Sequence record: PQ433349.1
From: Escherichia phage vB_Ec-G1
DNA length: 64,000 nt
Direction: 5' to 3' (one strand)
How positions within the stretch are numbered: position 1 is the first letter of the stretch; each line of letters begins with the position of its first letter. Made by a program: the position numbers and the translations under genes. The notes beneath the pieces were generated by a model, which was not told where the DNA came from, searched no databases, and was given only the letters and a program-made list of their open reading frames with translations. Positions 7,377 to 16,533 of the stretch are shown here, in pieces.

Positions 7377-7673
7377 ATGCCTAAACTAAAACGTGGTCGT
7401 GGAAGACCAACAGCCGAAATGCAACAGATCTATGCAATGGATGCGGCGCAAGCAAGTGTAAAAGAATTATTTGCAGAGCATTATTTAGAAGCTATGCGAT
7501 ATATTGTTGAACTTGTTAATGATAAGGATGCAGCAAAACCTCTCCGCTTCCAAGCAGCCAAAGCTATTAAAGAGCAAGTAGAAGAATGGTTAGAAGAACA
7601 TTATGAAGCTATGGAAGAAGAAACTCCTGCCGTGCAGAATACAGATGACGTTCCTAAAAAGATCGTAATCTAA
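7377..7673 (+). CDS. hypothetical DNA-binding protein (AT-hook-like N-terminus; small-terminase role not excluded)
   Basis: 98 aa; N-terminal PKLKRGRGRPT; strong RBS. Confidence 0.55.
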   Translation: MPKLKRGRGRPTAEMQQIYAMDAAQASVKELFAEHYLEAMRYIVELVNDKDAAKPLRFQAAKAIKEQVEEWLEEHYEAMEEETPAVQNTDDVPKKIVI

Positions 7674-7721
7674 TCCCTCTCCTCTCTTGGGGCTTTGCCC
7701 CTCCTCCTTGTTATTTTTAAC

Positions 7722-7760
7722 ACCCCTCTCCGAAAGGTTAGGGGCTTTTTTATTTTTAAT
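7722..7760 (+). terminator. rho-independent terminator
   Basis: CCCCT...AGGGG hairpin followed by CTTTTTTATTTTT; a second small hairpin GGGGC-TTT-GCCCC at 7689-7701. Confidence 0.6.
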
Positions 7761-7762
7761 AC

Positions 7763-7792
7763 TTGCAATTGTATATACTTTTGTGATAAGAT
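7763..7792 (+). promoter_or_regulatory. sigma70-like promoter
   Basis: TTGCAA, 18-nt spacer, TAAGAT (same -10 as promoter at 7326). Confidence 0.5.
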
Positions 7793-7813
7793 CAGATATG
7801 AGGAGGATAAAAT

Positions 7814-7984
7814 ATGCGCAATTTTGTAGTTAAAAATGATTTTAACCGTTCTTCTTATCATAAAGATAAAAAGAATGATTACACACGGGCTTGGAACTTG
7901 GAGGAAGAACTTTATGATGACAGAGAAGACGTGGGAAGAGATCCTAGCGGAGGCTCAACCAATGGAAGTGAAGAAGATAGTTAA
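7814..7984 (+). CDS. hypothetical small protein (alternative to overlapping frame 7914-8051)
   Basis: ATG 6 nt after AGGAGGA; 56 codons; not in supplied ORF track (<60 aa). Confidence 0.3.
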   Translation: MRNFVVKNDFNRSSYHKDKKNDYTRAWNLEEELYDDREDVGRDPSGGSTNGSEEDS

Positions 7985-8051
7985 TAATGCCCCTTCTCTT
8001 CCTAAAATAAAATTTTACGAGGAAGTAGAAGATAATGAATCTAAAGACTAA
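7914..8051 (+). CDS. hypothetical small protein (alternative frame)
   Basis: ATGATG after GGAGGAAG; 45 codons; overlaps 7814-7984 in another frame so at most one is likely real. Confidence 0.3.
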   Translation: MMTEKTWEEILAEAQPMEVKKIVNNAPSLPKIKFYEEVEDNESKD

Positions 8052-8427
8052 AACTGTATTAGGTTTTGTTTTAATTGTTGTTCTTATTCTTGCCGGAATG
8101 TTTGCTTATAACAAGATACGTGAGTCTGGCTACAAAGATGGTGTTGCCTATCAAACGCAATTATATCAAGCAGCCCAAGCAAAAGCAAAACAGGATTTTG
8201 ATGTTCTTCAAAAAAGAGCCGATGAAGAAAGAGCATTATTAAATACCCAAATAAACAACTTGTCTAAAAACAATGCACAATTAAAAGCAGATTTAGAGAA
8301 GAAGAAACAAACGATCAATGAGGATACAACGAATTATGCAAAAACTAATTCTGGCAGTATGTCTTGCTTTGCCCCTAATGATGACGGGTTGTTCATCATC
8401 AACAAAAGTTTCCCCAGTTCTTATTGA
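8035..8427 (+). CDS. putative i-spanin (Rz-like inner-membrane spanin subunit)
   Basis: 130 aa; N-terminal TM segment VLGFVLIVVLILAGMFAY then coiled-coil-like segment; o-spanin-like lipoprotein gene overlaps its 3' end in another frame. Confidence 0.6.
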   Translation: MNLKTKTVLGFVLIVVLILAGMFAYNKIRESGYKDGVAYQTQLYQAAQAKAKQDFDVLQKRADEERALLNTQINNLSKNNAQLKADLEKKKQTINEDTTNYAKTNSGSMSCFAPNDDGLFIINKSFPSSY

Positions 8428-8662
8428 TGAGTGTAAGGCTGTAGCCATAGAAAAGGTTAAAGGTCCAGATTCAGACTTGATGGATAAAGTATCGACACCT
8501 GTGCCATACACTAAAAATAAAATTGCAAAAGGGGTCAGTAGATCTGAAGTTGTTAACAACCAAACTCAAAACAACGCTCTTTGGGAGCAAGATAGACGAA
8601 AGGTTTTAGGTTTACAAACATATATTAAAACACTGCAAGAAAAAGGTATTATTGCTGAATAA
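8336..8662 (+). CDS. putative o-spanin (Rz1-like outer-membrane lipoprotein)
   Basis: signal peptide with lipobox LMMTGC; overlaps i-spanin out of frame; alternative start at 8318. Confidence 0.6.
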   Translation: MQKLILAVCLALPLMMTGCSSSTKVSPVLIDECKAVAIEKVKGPDSDLMDKVSTPVPYTKNKIAKGVSRSEVVNNQTQNNALWEQDRRKVLGLQTYIKTLQEKGIIAE

Positions 8663-8671
8663 GGAGGAAAT

Positions 8672-10747
8672 GTGGCAAAGAAAAAGGCAGCAGGTAGTTT
8701 AGCTGGAGTAGATATTGAAGTAAAGGCTCAACCAGGTAAACAGACTCTTGCAATGGATTTAATGCCAGAAGTTATGATTTATGGTGGTGCCGCTGGATGT
8801 GTTTCTGCTGAAACGGAATATCTTACAAAAGATGGTTGGAGACAGATTAGTGAATATTCAGGAGAGGATATTTACCAATACAACCCTAAGAATAAGCGTT
8901 TAGAATTGGTAACACCTTATTTTGTAGAATACGATTTAAATGGAGATAACCTATACAGAATAACAAATGGTGTAGGGTTGTTCCAAGAACTTAGTATGGA
9001 ACACCGTTTTGTATTCTATAAGAAAAAGAAATCAAAGAAACATTTCGAGATTCTTGTAGGAGATCTTATTGCATTACAGCAAATAGGAAAACCCCTTCAA
9101 GGTTATGTAGAAAATCCATTCGGTAAACGTGTTCCTTTTAACATACCTGGTAAAAAGAGCACTTACTTAAAAATACACGAGGTTATTTCAACAGATGATA
9201 AGAAATATTGTTTTGAGACTCCAAGCAGTTATATTGTCTTTAGACGTGGCGATCACTGCTTCGTTACTGGGAATAGCGGCAAGTCTCGTCTGCTATTGCT
9301 GAAAGCTTTAAAATACGCCTACAAAGATCCTTTGTTTGGTGGAATACTTTTTCGTAAGAACACCACTGCTCACCGTAAACCAGGTGGTCTGTTTACAGAA
9401 GCAAAACGTTTGTATCTTCCTTTACAACCGCACGTAAAAGAAAGTACAATGGATATCATTTTTGAAGCCACTGGTGGCGGAACCCTCAAATTCGACCATT
9501 TGGAAAATGATAACGTAACAGCAGAAACAAACCATCAGGGTACACAGTATTCAATGGTAGGTTTTGACGAGTTAACCCACTTCACGCAATATGAAATGCT
9601 CTATCTTCTGGGACGTATGCGTTCAGAATCAGAAACAAGCTTCATGTTGTGCACATGTAACCCCGATGCAGATAGTTGGGTTTTGAATTGGGTGTTACCT
9701 TATCTTGATGAGGGTGGTTATCCTAGAGAAGATATGTGTGGTAAACAAAAATATTTCATCATTGTTAACGATGAACCTGTTTTTGCTGACACACCTGAAG
9801 AACTGAAAGAAAAATATCCAGAAAACTGTTTCATGGAAAACCCTAATACAGGGGAGACAGTTGTTATTGAACCACAAACTTTCGTATTTATTGGTGGGAC
9901 AATATTTGATAACCCAGAACTGATTAGGCTTAACCCTAATTACTTAGCACAGCTTAAATCACAAACAGCAATTAAAAGAGCACAGCTTCTGGATGGTTGT
10001 TGGTTTGCACGTATTCAGAAAGAATCTTTCTTTCAACGTGAATGGTTACATAAAATATCTTATAAAGATGTTCCTAACAATCTTAAACTAATGCGAGCCT
10101 GGGATAAAGCTGTTTCAGTTCCTACAGAAACTTATCGTTATCCAGACTATACAACGTCTGTCAAAATGGGTAAAGATCAAGATGGTAATATCTACATCTT
10201 TGGTGACTATGACTATGACGCTGTGGATGAGAAAAGTAAAATTTTCGGAAGGTTTAGAAGACTACCTGGGGAAAGGGATAATCTGATTCTTAATCAATGT
10301 AAGATTGATGGACCAGAAGTTACAGTAGTGCTTCCTAAAGACCCATCTGGTGCTGGGACAATAGAATATACAGAGTCTGCAAAGAAACTTATTCTAGAAG
10401 GTTTTGTTGTTAAACCAGATGCTATGCCAGGTAACAAGAAAAAGCTTCAGCGTTTTATGCCTTTTAGTAGCGCGTGTCAAAATGGTTTTGTTTATATTGT
10501 TGAAGATTCTTTCCCTAATGTGGAAACTCTAACCCACTTTTATAAAGAATTGGAATCTTTCAATGGTGAAAGATCTACAGCCACTATTAAAGATGACATT
10601 CCCGATGCTGCTGCTTCTTGTTTCAATACTCTGTCAAAAGAGAATACTTTCAAGGCAGTAGCTATCCCTGCAACAACAAATGCTCCTACAGGATACAGTA
10701 GAATGAACAGCGGATTTCACCAACCGTATAGTGTCCGTAAAAGATAA
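8672..10747 (+). CDS. terminase large subunit, intein-containing precursor
   Basis: 691 aa; GTG start after AAGGAGG; Walker A split as GGAAG/SGKS around an insert, Walker B MVGFDELTHF; C-terminal nuclease-like region. Confidence 0.85.
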   Translation: MAKKKAAGSLAGVDIEVKAQPGKQTLAMDLMPEVMIYGGAAGCVSAETEYLTKDGWRQISEYSGEDIYQYNPKNKRLELVTPYFVEYDLNGDNLYRITNGVGLFQELSMEHRFVFYKKKKSKKHFEILVGDLIALQQIGKPLQGYVENPFGKRVPFNIPGKKSTYLKIHEVISTDDKKYCFETPSSYIVFRRGDHCFVTGNSGKSRLLLLKALKYAYKDPLFGGILFRKNTTAHRKPGGLFTEAKRLYLPLQPHVKESTMDIIFEATGGGTLKFDHLENDNVTAETNHQGTQYSMVGFDELTHFTQYEMLYLLGRMRSESETSFMLCTCNPDADSWVLNWVLPYLDEGGYPREDMCGKQKYFIIVNDEPVFADTPEELKEKYPENCFMENPNTGETVVIEPQTFVFIGGTIFDNPELIRLNPNYLAQLKSQTAIKRAQLLDGCWFARIQKESFFQREWLHKISYKDVPNNLKLMRAWDKAVSVPTETYRYPDYTTSVKMGKDQDGNIYIFGDYDYDAVDEKSKIFGRFRRLPGERDNLILNQCKIDGPEVTVVLPKDPSGAGTIEYTESAKKLILEGFVVKPDAMPGNKKKLQRFMPFSSACQNGFVYIVEDSFPNVETLTHFYKELESFNGERSTATIKDDIPDAAASCFNTLSKENTFKAVAIPATTNAPTGYSRMNSGFHQPYSVRKR
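8798..9274 (+). mobile_element. mini-intein (159 aa) inserted in terminase Walker A P-loop
   Basis: insert begins Cys43 (CVSAETEYLTKDGW), has TxxH-like SMEH, ends ...FVTGN201 followed by Ser; excision restores GGAAGSGKS. Confidence 0.7.
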
Positions 10748-10750
10748 TTG

Positions 10751-10779
10751 TTGACAAAAGTCACTTTAAAGTGTATTAT
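10751..10779 (+). promoter_or_regulatory. sigma70-like promoter upstream of portal gene
   Basis: TTGACA-N17-TATTAT with TG immediately upstream of -10. Confidence 0.65.
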
Positions 10780-10848
10780 AACTAGATAGGTGAGGTTGTA
10801 TATAATACAGCCTTGCCTTAACGATTTTATACCTGACTGGAGGAACAA

Positions 10849-12414
10849 GTGTCAACAGGAAAAAGAACGTACACTAAAAAGTCAGAATACTGGGACAAAG
10901 GTGCTGCAAATAAAGCTGCTCTCTCTCCAACAAAAGAAGCAGAGAAAGAGAAAACGTTACTCCTGTCACCTGAAATAGGAACGATCGGATTAAACTCAAT
11001 CAAAGCATTTACGAATTTCATGCAACCTTATGAGACTCGTTTCCCAGAATGTATTCGAACTTTTAAAGAGATGGGTGAAGACCCTGATGTAGCTACTGCT
11101 CTTGATGCTACGTATATCTTTGTAGATAGAGCATTCTTTGATTTTAAGATAAAATACAATGTAAGCTCGGCAAAGTCAAGAAAAGCTGCTAAGTTTATTG
11201 ATTATATGTTACGTAATATGCAAGCCCCTCTACGTCAATATGTTAGATCACTTTTGACATATAAGCAATATGGGTTTGCATTCGCAGAAAAAGTTTATGA
11301 GTTGGATGAAGATCCTAAGAGTCCTTACTTTGGGTATTGGCGATTAACTAAGCTGGCTTTTAGACCACAAGATACTCTTCACATGGCTCAACCTTTTACA
11401 TATTCGGCAGACGGACGTTCTATCTTGTCTGTTAACCAGAATATCACCAATACAATGTTAGCCCCAGGGAATACAACTTTAGAAACTGGTATTAAAGAAA
11501 TTCCTTTCAGTAAAGTTTTATTTGTTGGTAGCAACATTACAGAGAATAACCCACTAGGAGTTAGTCCGCTTTTAGCTGTATATCGTAGCTGGCGTGAAAA
11601 ATCTCTTATTCAGGAATTTGAGGTTATTGGGGTATCTAAAGATTTAGGCGGTATGCCAGTTCTTAAGGTTCCAAGTGACATTCTAAACAGGGCATCTTTA
11701 GATCCTGCTGGGGATGAAGCACAATCTCTTCGAGTTCTCCAAGCCAACATCGCTAACCTGCACTCTGGTGAGCAAGCCTACATGGTATTGCCTTCAGACG
11801 TTTATGAAGGTACAGTGATGCGTCAATACGATCTTGTATTCCAAGGTGTTGATGGCACGGGTAAACAGTTTGACACTCAAGCACTAATCAAACAACGCAA
11901 ACTGGATATTTATAACCGCTTTGGTGCGGGTGTGTTGATTATGGGTGATGGTGATGCAGGAAGTTTTGCGCTTTCTGACAACAAACAAACACTATTGTCT
12001 CATTTTATTGAGCGAGATGTAGATATTGTTGTAGAAGCTATAAACTCTCAACTGATCCCTCAAACACTACGACTAAACAATATCTTCCTTTCTGATGAAG
12101 ATATGCCTAAGTTTGTTAGTGGTGAAATGGGTGATCCTGATATTGAAGTAAATGCTAAAGCTATTCAACAGTTGGTAGCCTCTGGTGCAATACCTTTAAC
12201 CCCAGAAGTTATTAACGAGTTCCTTGAAAAAATTGGTTTTGAATATCGCATCCCTGACGATATTGTTGCCAATAAAGAGAAATTCTTTGAATTCATGGAT
12301 AACTATATGCCTGACAAAACTTCACGATCAGGAGATGGTTTAGCTACAGCGGGAACTGGAACGTCTGATACTGTTTCTGCTTTAGATCCTTCAGCACAAA
12401 ACCTGTCGAATTAA
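10849..12414 (+). CDS. portal protein (putative)
   Basis: 521 aa immediately after terminase; GTG start after GGAGGAA; size and position typical of portal. Confidence 0.7.
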   Translation: MSTGKRTYTKKSEYWDKGAANKAALSPTKEAEKEKTLLLSPEIGTIGLNSIKAFTNFMQPYETRFPECIRTFKEMGEDPDVATALDATYIFVDRAFFDFKIKYNVSSAKSRKAAKFIDYMLRNMQAPLRQYVRSLLTYKQYGFAFAEKVYELDEDPKSPYFGYWRLTKLAFRPQDTLHMAQPFTYSADGRSILSVNQNITNTMLAPGNTTLETGIKEIPFSKVLFVGSNITENNPLGVSPLLAVYRSWREKSLIQEFEVIGVSKDLGGMPVLKVPSDILNRASLDPAGDEAQSLRVLQANIANLHSGEQAYMVLPSDVYEGTVMRQYDLVFQGVDGTGKQFDTQALIKQRKLDIYNRFGAGVLIMGDGDAGSFALSDNKQTLLSHFIERDVDIVVEAINSQLIPQTLRLNNIFLSDEDMPKFVSGEMGDPDIEVNAKAIQQLVASGAIPLTPEVINEFLEKIGFEYRIPDDIVANKEKFFEFMDNYMPDKTSRSGDGLATAGTGTSDTVSALDPSAQNLSN

Positions 12415-12443
12415 AAATATTTAATATTTTTTAATTTTTCTAT

Positions 12444-12472
12444 TGACAAAACAACAAATATCCTGTAGACTA
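12444..12472 (+). promoter_or_regulatory. possible sigma70-like promoter (weak -10)
   Basis: TTGACA 12444-12449 then TAGACT about 17 nt downstream. Confidence 0.35.
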
Positions 12473-12507
12473 AGATTTATGGGATATCTGTTTTTAAGAG
12501 GTTTCAA

Positions 12508-12987
12508 ATGGAACTCAATAAAGATACACTGTGGGAACTCTTCAAAACCTTCGCTGGTTTTAAAGAGAATTCTGAATCCCAACAAGATTCTATACCATCT
12601 CAAAAACCTGAAACTCTAGTCAAACAAAATAAATTTGATGAAGAAAAGATGCAGGTTATTGAGGTCTTGTATTGTCCACCTGAAGAAGACGATCTCCACG
12701 GAGAGCGCATGTCTGATTTGGAAATCAGGAAGATGGTTGACAACTTCAATGAGAATATTACCAATATTAGTGGTAATCTTGGTCACATGAAGAACACCGA
12801 TAAGTTTTCTCCAATTAAAGCTTGGGTAAATGAAGTCGATTGTTACATTGGTGACGAACTCGTTGTGGAAGGAACTCCCCTCGTTAAAATCCAATTCAAC
12901 GACCCTGAATTATATCAAGCTCGTAAAGACGGCGTTCTTAAAGGTTTGAGTATAGGCGCAATGGGCGTTAAAGTCAAGAAGGACTAA
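12508..12987 (+). CDS. head morphogenesis protein (function unassigned)
   Basis: 159 aa between portal and scaffold-like gene. Confidence 0.45.
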   Translation: MELNKDTLWELFKTFAGFKENSESQQDSIPSQKPETLVKQNKFDEEKMQVIEVLYCPPEEDDLHGERMSDLEIRKMVDNFNENITNISGNLGHMKNTDKFSPIKAWVNEVDCYIGDELVVEGTPLVKIQFNDPELYQARKDGVLKGLSIGAMGVKVKKD

Positions 12988-12989
12988 TC

Positions 12990-14105
12990 GTGGCAAATAC
13001 ATATTTAACTAACGTAGACTTTTCTGGAAAAGCTACGGAAGAGTCACTAGGTGCTCATATTGCTTACACTTTTGATTTTCAAGGTGGAGCGGCATCTGGT
13101 TATAATACCCCCCTTTTATTTAAGTCAGACGGATCTCCAGACATAACTTTTGAAAAGTTAGAAGCTCTCACTAAAATGGGAGAAGATGTTACAGAGTTAC
13201 GTAAAAGCTATATTCAACAAGTAATGGATCGCATTTCTGAAAAAGTGCGTGAAAAATTTGAAGCTGGTTGGGATTGGGTTTACGTTATTGATGCTGACTT
13301 CGATGCGAACGTTGCAATTTTCTGTTCAGATAACGGTATGTTCTCTGTTGGCTTTAAAGTTGACGGACTGAATGTTGAAGTTGAAGAGGTTGCTAAACCT
13401 GTTGTTCGTGTTACTGATTATCAAGTTGTTGATGGTGATGTAATGATCTCCATTGATTTCTTTGAGGACGTTTTAGACGATGCTTTGAGTAATCTCGTTA
13501 AGAGTTCCTTGAAACAAAGTCAAGTTAAAGATTATTTAGTGAAAGCTCACGCTAAAGCTAATACAAACTCTGTGGATGCAGAGGCTAACCCCGCAGGTGA
13601 TAAATCTGCAAACACAACTGGAATCAATAAAGGAGAAACCCCTTTGGAAAATATCAACAAAGAAGAATTCCTGAAATCTGCTGAATTCCAAGAACTGATG
13701 AAAGCACAGATCGCTGAAGCTGTAGAAAAAGCAGCCGCAGATGCACGTGCAGCCGCAGAACTTGAAGCACAGGAAAAAATCGCTAAGGCAGAACAGGAAG
13801 CAGAAGAACTTCGTAAAGCTGAACAAGCTCGTATCGAAGAAGAATATACAACTGTTGTTAAATCCTATTCTTTCGTAGAAGAAGACAAAGTTGAAGCTCT
13901 CGTTAAATATCTGGTAGACAATAAAGATATCGCTGAAACTATCGTCAAAGCATTCGAAAAAGCACGTGCAGAAGTGGACGCAGTTAAGAAAGAATTTGGA
14001 ACAGAACGTGGTGTTGATGTGATCAATACTCAACCTGTAGCTAAATCTTCTTCTGAACTGATTAGTCAGAAAGCTGCTGAACTTAAAAAAGCCCAGAAAC
14101 AATAA
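12990..14105 (+). CDS. scaffolding-like protein
   Basis: 371 aa; C-terminal half Ala/Glu/Lys-rich and coiled-coil-like (AAADARAAAELEAQEKIAKAEQEAEELRKAEQARIEEE); GTG start. Confidence 0.55.
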   Translation: MANTYLTNVDFSGKATEESLGAHIAYTFDFQGGAASGYNTPLLFKSDGSPDITFEKLEALTKMGEDVTELRKSYIQQVMDRISEKVREKFEAGWDWVYVIDADFDANVAIFCSDNGMFSVGFKVDGLNVEVEEVAKPVVRVTDYQVVDGDVMISIDFFEDVLDDALSNLVKSSLKQSQVKDYLVKAHAKANTNSVDAEANPAGDKSANTTGINKGETPLENINKEEFLKSAEFQELMKAQIAEAVEKAAADARAAAELEAQEKIAKAEQEAEELRKAEQARIEEEYTTVVKSYSFVEEDKVEALVKYLVDNKDIAETIVKAFEKARAEVDAVKKEFGTERGVDVINTQPVAKSSSELISQKAAELKKAQKQ

Positions 14106-14124
14106 TCTTAGGAGATTAAATTAA

Positions 14125-14523
14125 ATGGCTAAAGGAATTACTTTATCTAACTCTCGCCAGGAATTCGGACACCTGGTTCTGGGTGGAGTGTTTAGCTCTG
14201 ACCTTGGACACTGTGTACGTGAAGTTAACCTGGTTAAAACAGCAACCATGAAAATTGGTTCTATCCTGAAAGCTGACAACACTGAAGCTGCTAAAGCTGA
14301 AGCTGCCGATGCTGCTAAAGTTCTGATTTGGACTGATGCTCTGTTCGGTATTGACGATGTAGCAGTAGGTGACACTTTCACCGCAGTTGTTGGCGTACGT
14401 GATCTTACTCTGAACCGCTTTGCAGTATACTACAAAGATGGCTCCCTGGTAGATGACGCTGGCGTAGCAGCACTGGAAACACATGATCTGAAACTGACCG
14501 AAAAAGTCGTTTTCACTTCTTAA
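14125..14523 (+). CDS. head decoration protein (putative)
   Basis: 132 aa directly upstream of major capsid gene, strong RBS, high-expression codon usage. Confidence 0.5.
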   Translation: MAKGITLSNSRQEFGHLVLGGVFSSDLGHCVREVNLVKTATMKIGSILKADNTEAAKAEAADAAKVLIWTDALFGIDDVAVGDTFTAVVGVRDLTLNRFAVYYKDGSLVDDAGVAALETHDLKLTEKVVFTS

Positions 14524-14544
14524 TTTTAATAGGAGATTAATATA

Positions 14545-15546
14545 ATGCCAGCAGTAATTTTAGATCAGGTTGTAGATTTCAGCCCTATGATCGAACTTCA
14601 GGATTCCCCTGATACACTGATTGCCAGCCTGAATCTGTTCAGCGTTGACTATCATTCAACTACCGCTATTGAAATCGGTAAAGAAAAAGCTGAAGATGCG
14701 CTGATCTCCGCTCGTGAGCGTGGTGGTGAGCGTAACTTCCTGACCATGAAAAATCCAGAACTGAAAGCATTCCGTATTCCGTTCTTCCCTCTGGATAAAA
14801 ACATCAAAGCTCAAGATATTCAATCTTTCCGTAGCTTTGCGATGGCAGGAATCAATGACTCTCTGCGCACAGACGCTGAAGTTGTTAACCGCTATATGTC
14901 CCAGATTCTGCGTGACGTAGCAAAAACCAAAGAGAAAATCTTTGCAGAAGCAGTTATGGGTCGTGCCTATAACGGCGTAGGTGGTGCAGCTAACTCTGCA
15001 TACAACTGGTATACCGAGTGGAATGCTACCCAGAAATCTGTTGCTGTAGACTTTGCTTCTACCACTGTTTCTCCAGCAGCCACTATCGAGCAAGAAGCTC
15101 GTGCTTACATCATCGATACTAAACAAGATGGCTCTACCGCTACTCGTATCGTAGCTCTGTGTTCTCGTGAATTTTTCGCATCTCTGGTTAACTCTCCATT
15201 TGTTCGCCAGGCGTATCAGTATTTCCAGGGAACTCCTAACCTTCTGCGTGACCGCCTTAGCGGTAACATGGATGTTCAGGTGTTCGAATGGAACGGTGTA
15301 ACTTACATTGAAGATATCCACGGTAACATCCCTGCTGGTGAAGCATATGTTCTGCCTATGGGTATCGAAGGTATGTTCCAGGCGCACTACGCTCCTGCGG
15401 ATACTCCAGAACTGGCTAACACCCAGGCTCGTGAACTGTATACCTTCATGATCAGCCAGCACCGCACCATTCAGCTTCAGTCTGAATTCTCGCTGCTCGC
15501 AGTTAACACCCGTCCAGAACTGGTAGTTAAACTGACTACGGCTTAA
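14545..15546 (+). CDS. major capsid protein (lambda gpE-like family)
   Basis: 333 aa; C-terminal region with LANTQARELYTF resembles lambda E motif as recalled; strong RBS, E. coli-like optimal codons, strong terminator downstream. Confidence 0.8.
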   Translation: MPAVILDQVVDFSPMIELQDSPDTLIASLNLFSVDYHSTTAIEIGKEKAEDALISARERGGERNFLTMKNPELKAFRIPFFPLDKNIKAQDIQSFRSFAMAGINDSLRTDAEVVNRYMSQILRDVAKTKEKIFAEAVMGRAYNGVGGAANSAYNWYTEWNATQKSVAVDFASTTVSPAATIEQEARAYIIDTKQDGSTATRIVALCSREFFASLVNSPFVRQAYQYFQGTPNLLRDRLSGNMDVQVFEWNGVTYIEDIHGNIPAGEAYVLPMGIEGMFQAHYAPADTPELANTQARELYTFMISQHRTIQLQSEFSLLAVNTRPELVVKLTTA

Positions 15547-15567
15547 CAGAACTCTGTTAATATTAGA

Positions 15568-15600
15568 GGCTCGTCCGTGATGGGCGAGCCTTTTCTGTTT
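15568..15600 (+). terminator. rho-independent terminator after major capsid gene
   Basis: 9-bp stem GGCTCGTCC/GGGCGAGCC with GTGAT loop, then TTTTCTGTTT. Confidence 0.8.
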
Positions 15601-15630
15601 ACAACAAGAGTTTACAATGAGGAGATTGAT

Positions 15631-15975
15631 ATGTCAAACCCAGAATTGAAACGTTACTTTAGTTATCACGAAATGATTCGTGATTTCGAATCGCTTTCAC
15701 CACTGATTGATGCTGATAAAACATTAGTATCTGCGCCACCAATGTCTTTCTATCTGAAAGATGGTCGTATTGCATTAGGTGGAAACTTCATTCACTTCCT
15801 CACACGTTTGAGAGAAGAAACAGGTATTCTTGTGCATCCTTTTGCAAGTGAAGAACACATGGGTTACTATCTTGTAAGTTACGAAGATTATGCACCTGTA
15901 AAAATCAAAGAAGAAGTTTTAAAAGTAGAAGCGGTAGACACTCCAGCTAAAAAACGTTCCCTTCGTAAAAAATAA
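15631..15975 (+). CDS. hypothetical head-tail joining protein
   Basis: ATG at 15631 after GAGGAG; the track ORF start at 15577 lies inside the terminator loop. Confidence 0.5.
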   Translation: MSNPELKRYFSYHEMIRDFESLSPLIDADKTLVSAPPMSFYLKDGRIALGGNFIHFLTRLREETGILVHPFASEEHMGYYLVSYEDYAPVKIKEEVLKVEAVDTPAKKRSLRKK

Positions 15976-15984
15976 GGTGGGCTT

Positions 15985-16533
15985 ATGCTGAATGCGGTAG
16001 AGTTGGCACCACTGATCCGAATTCTTGTTTATAACCCTTCTCAAGAAGTATTGCCAGATGCAATGCTGATTCAGATCATCCAGACTTGGATTGATATTAT
16101 AGGGAATGAAGATAAGGATAAGTGTGCAGTATTGTGGAACAGCTTGATTTCTGTTTTAGAGTATTTATGGAACAACGATGTTCTTAATAACAATACTCAA
16201 ACAGGAGGAGCTATGTCCCGCAGAGAAAAGATGGGTGAAGTCGAAGTTGAAGTTAAATTTAACAACGGTCAAGTAACTTATAAGTCTCCGTGGGAAGATA
16301 TTTATCATAACTATTTAAATGGTCTTATGGTTATTCCTGGGTGCACGGCAGGACGAGGAGCAACCAGTAAAGTTCTTATTGGTGGTGTTGATGCTCGTGA
16401 GATTGATCGAGTAAACAGTGATCCTAACTCTGTAAATGGTCTTGGTAATGTTGCAAGTGTTGATCGTAATACACGCAACGTTAATTATTTGCGAAATTAT
16501 GGACCTGTTTCTTTTTATCGTAGGGACAAATAA
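15985..16533 (+). CDS. hypothetical structural protein (head completion/connector region)
   Basis: 182 aa, position between capsid and tail genes. Confidence 0.45.
   Translation: MLNAVELAPLIRILVYNPSQEVLPDAMLIQIIQTWIDIIGNEDKDKCAVLWNSLISVLEYLWNNDVLNNNTQTGGAMSRREKMGEVEVEVKFNNGQVTYKSPWEDIYHNYLNGLMVIPGCTAGRGATSKVLIGGVDAREIDRVNSDPNSVNGLGNVASVDRNTRNVNYLRNYGPVSFYRRDK

Noticed and set aside
7377-7673. Assigning this as the terminase small subunit
   Set aside because: It has a DNA-binding-like N-terminus but is separated from the large subunit by the spanin genes, two terminators and a promoter; left as hypothetical.
9695-9877. 60 aa minus-strand ORF inside terminase
   Set aside because: Antisense within a well-supported gene.
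13536-15462. Minus-strand ORFs of 188, 113, 86 and 268 aa opposite the scaffold, decoration and capsid genes
   Set aside because: Antisense to strongly supported late genes, low-complexity or Cys/Phe-rich translations, no RBS.
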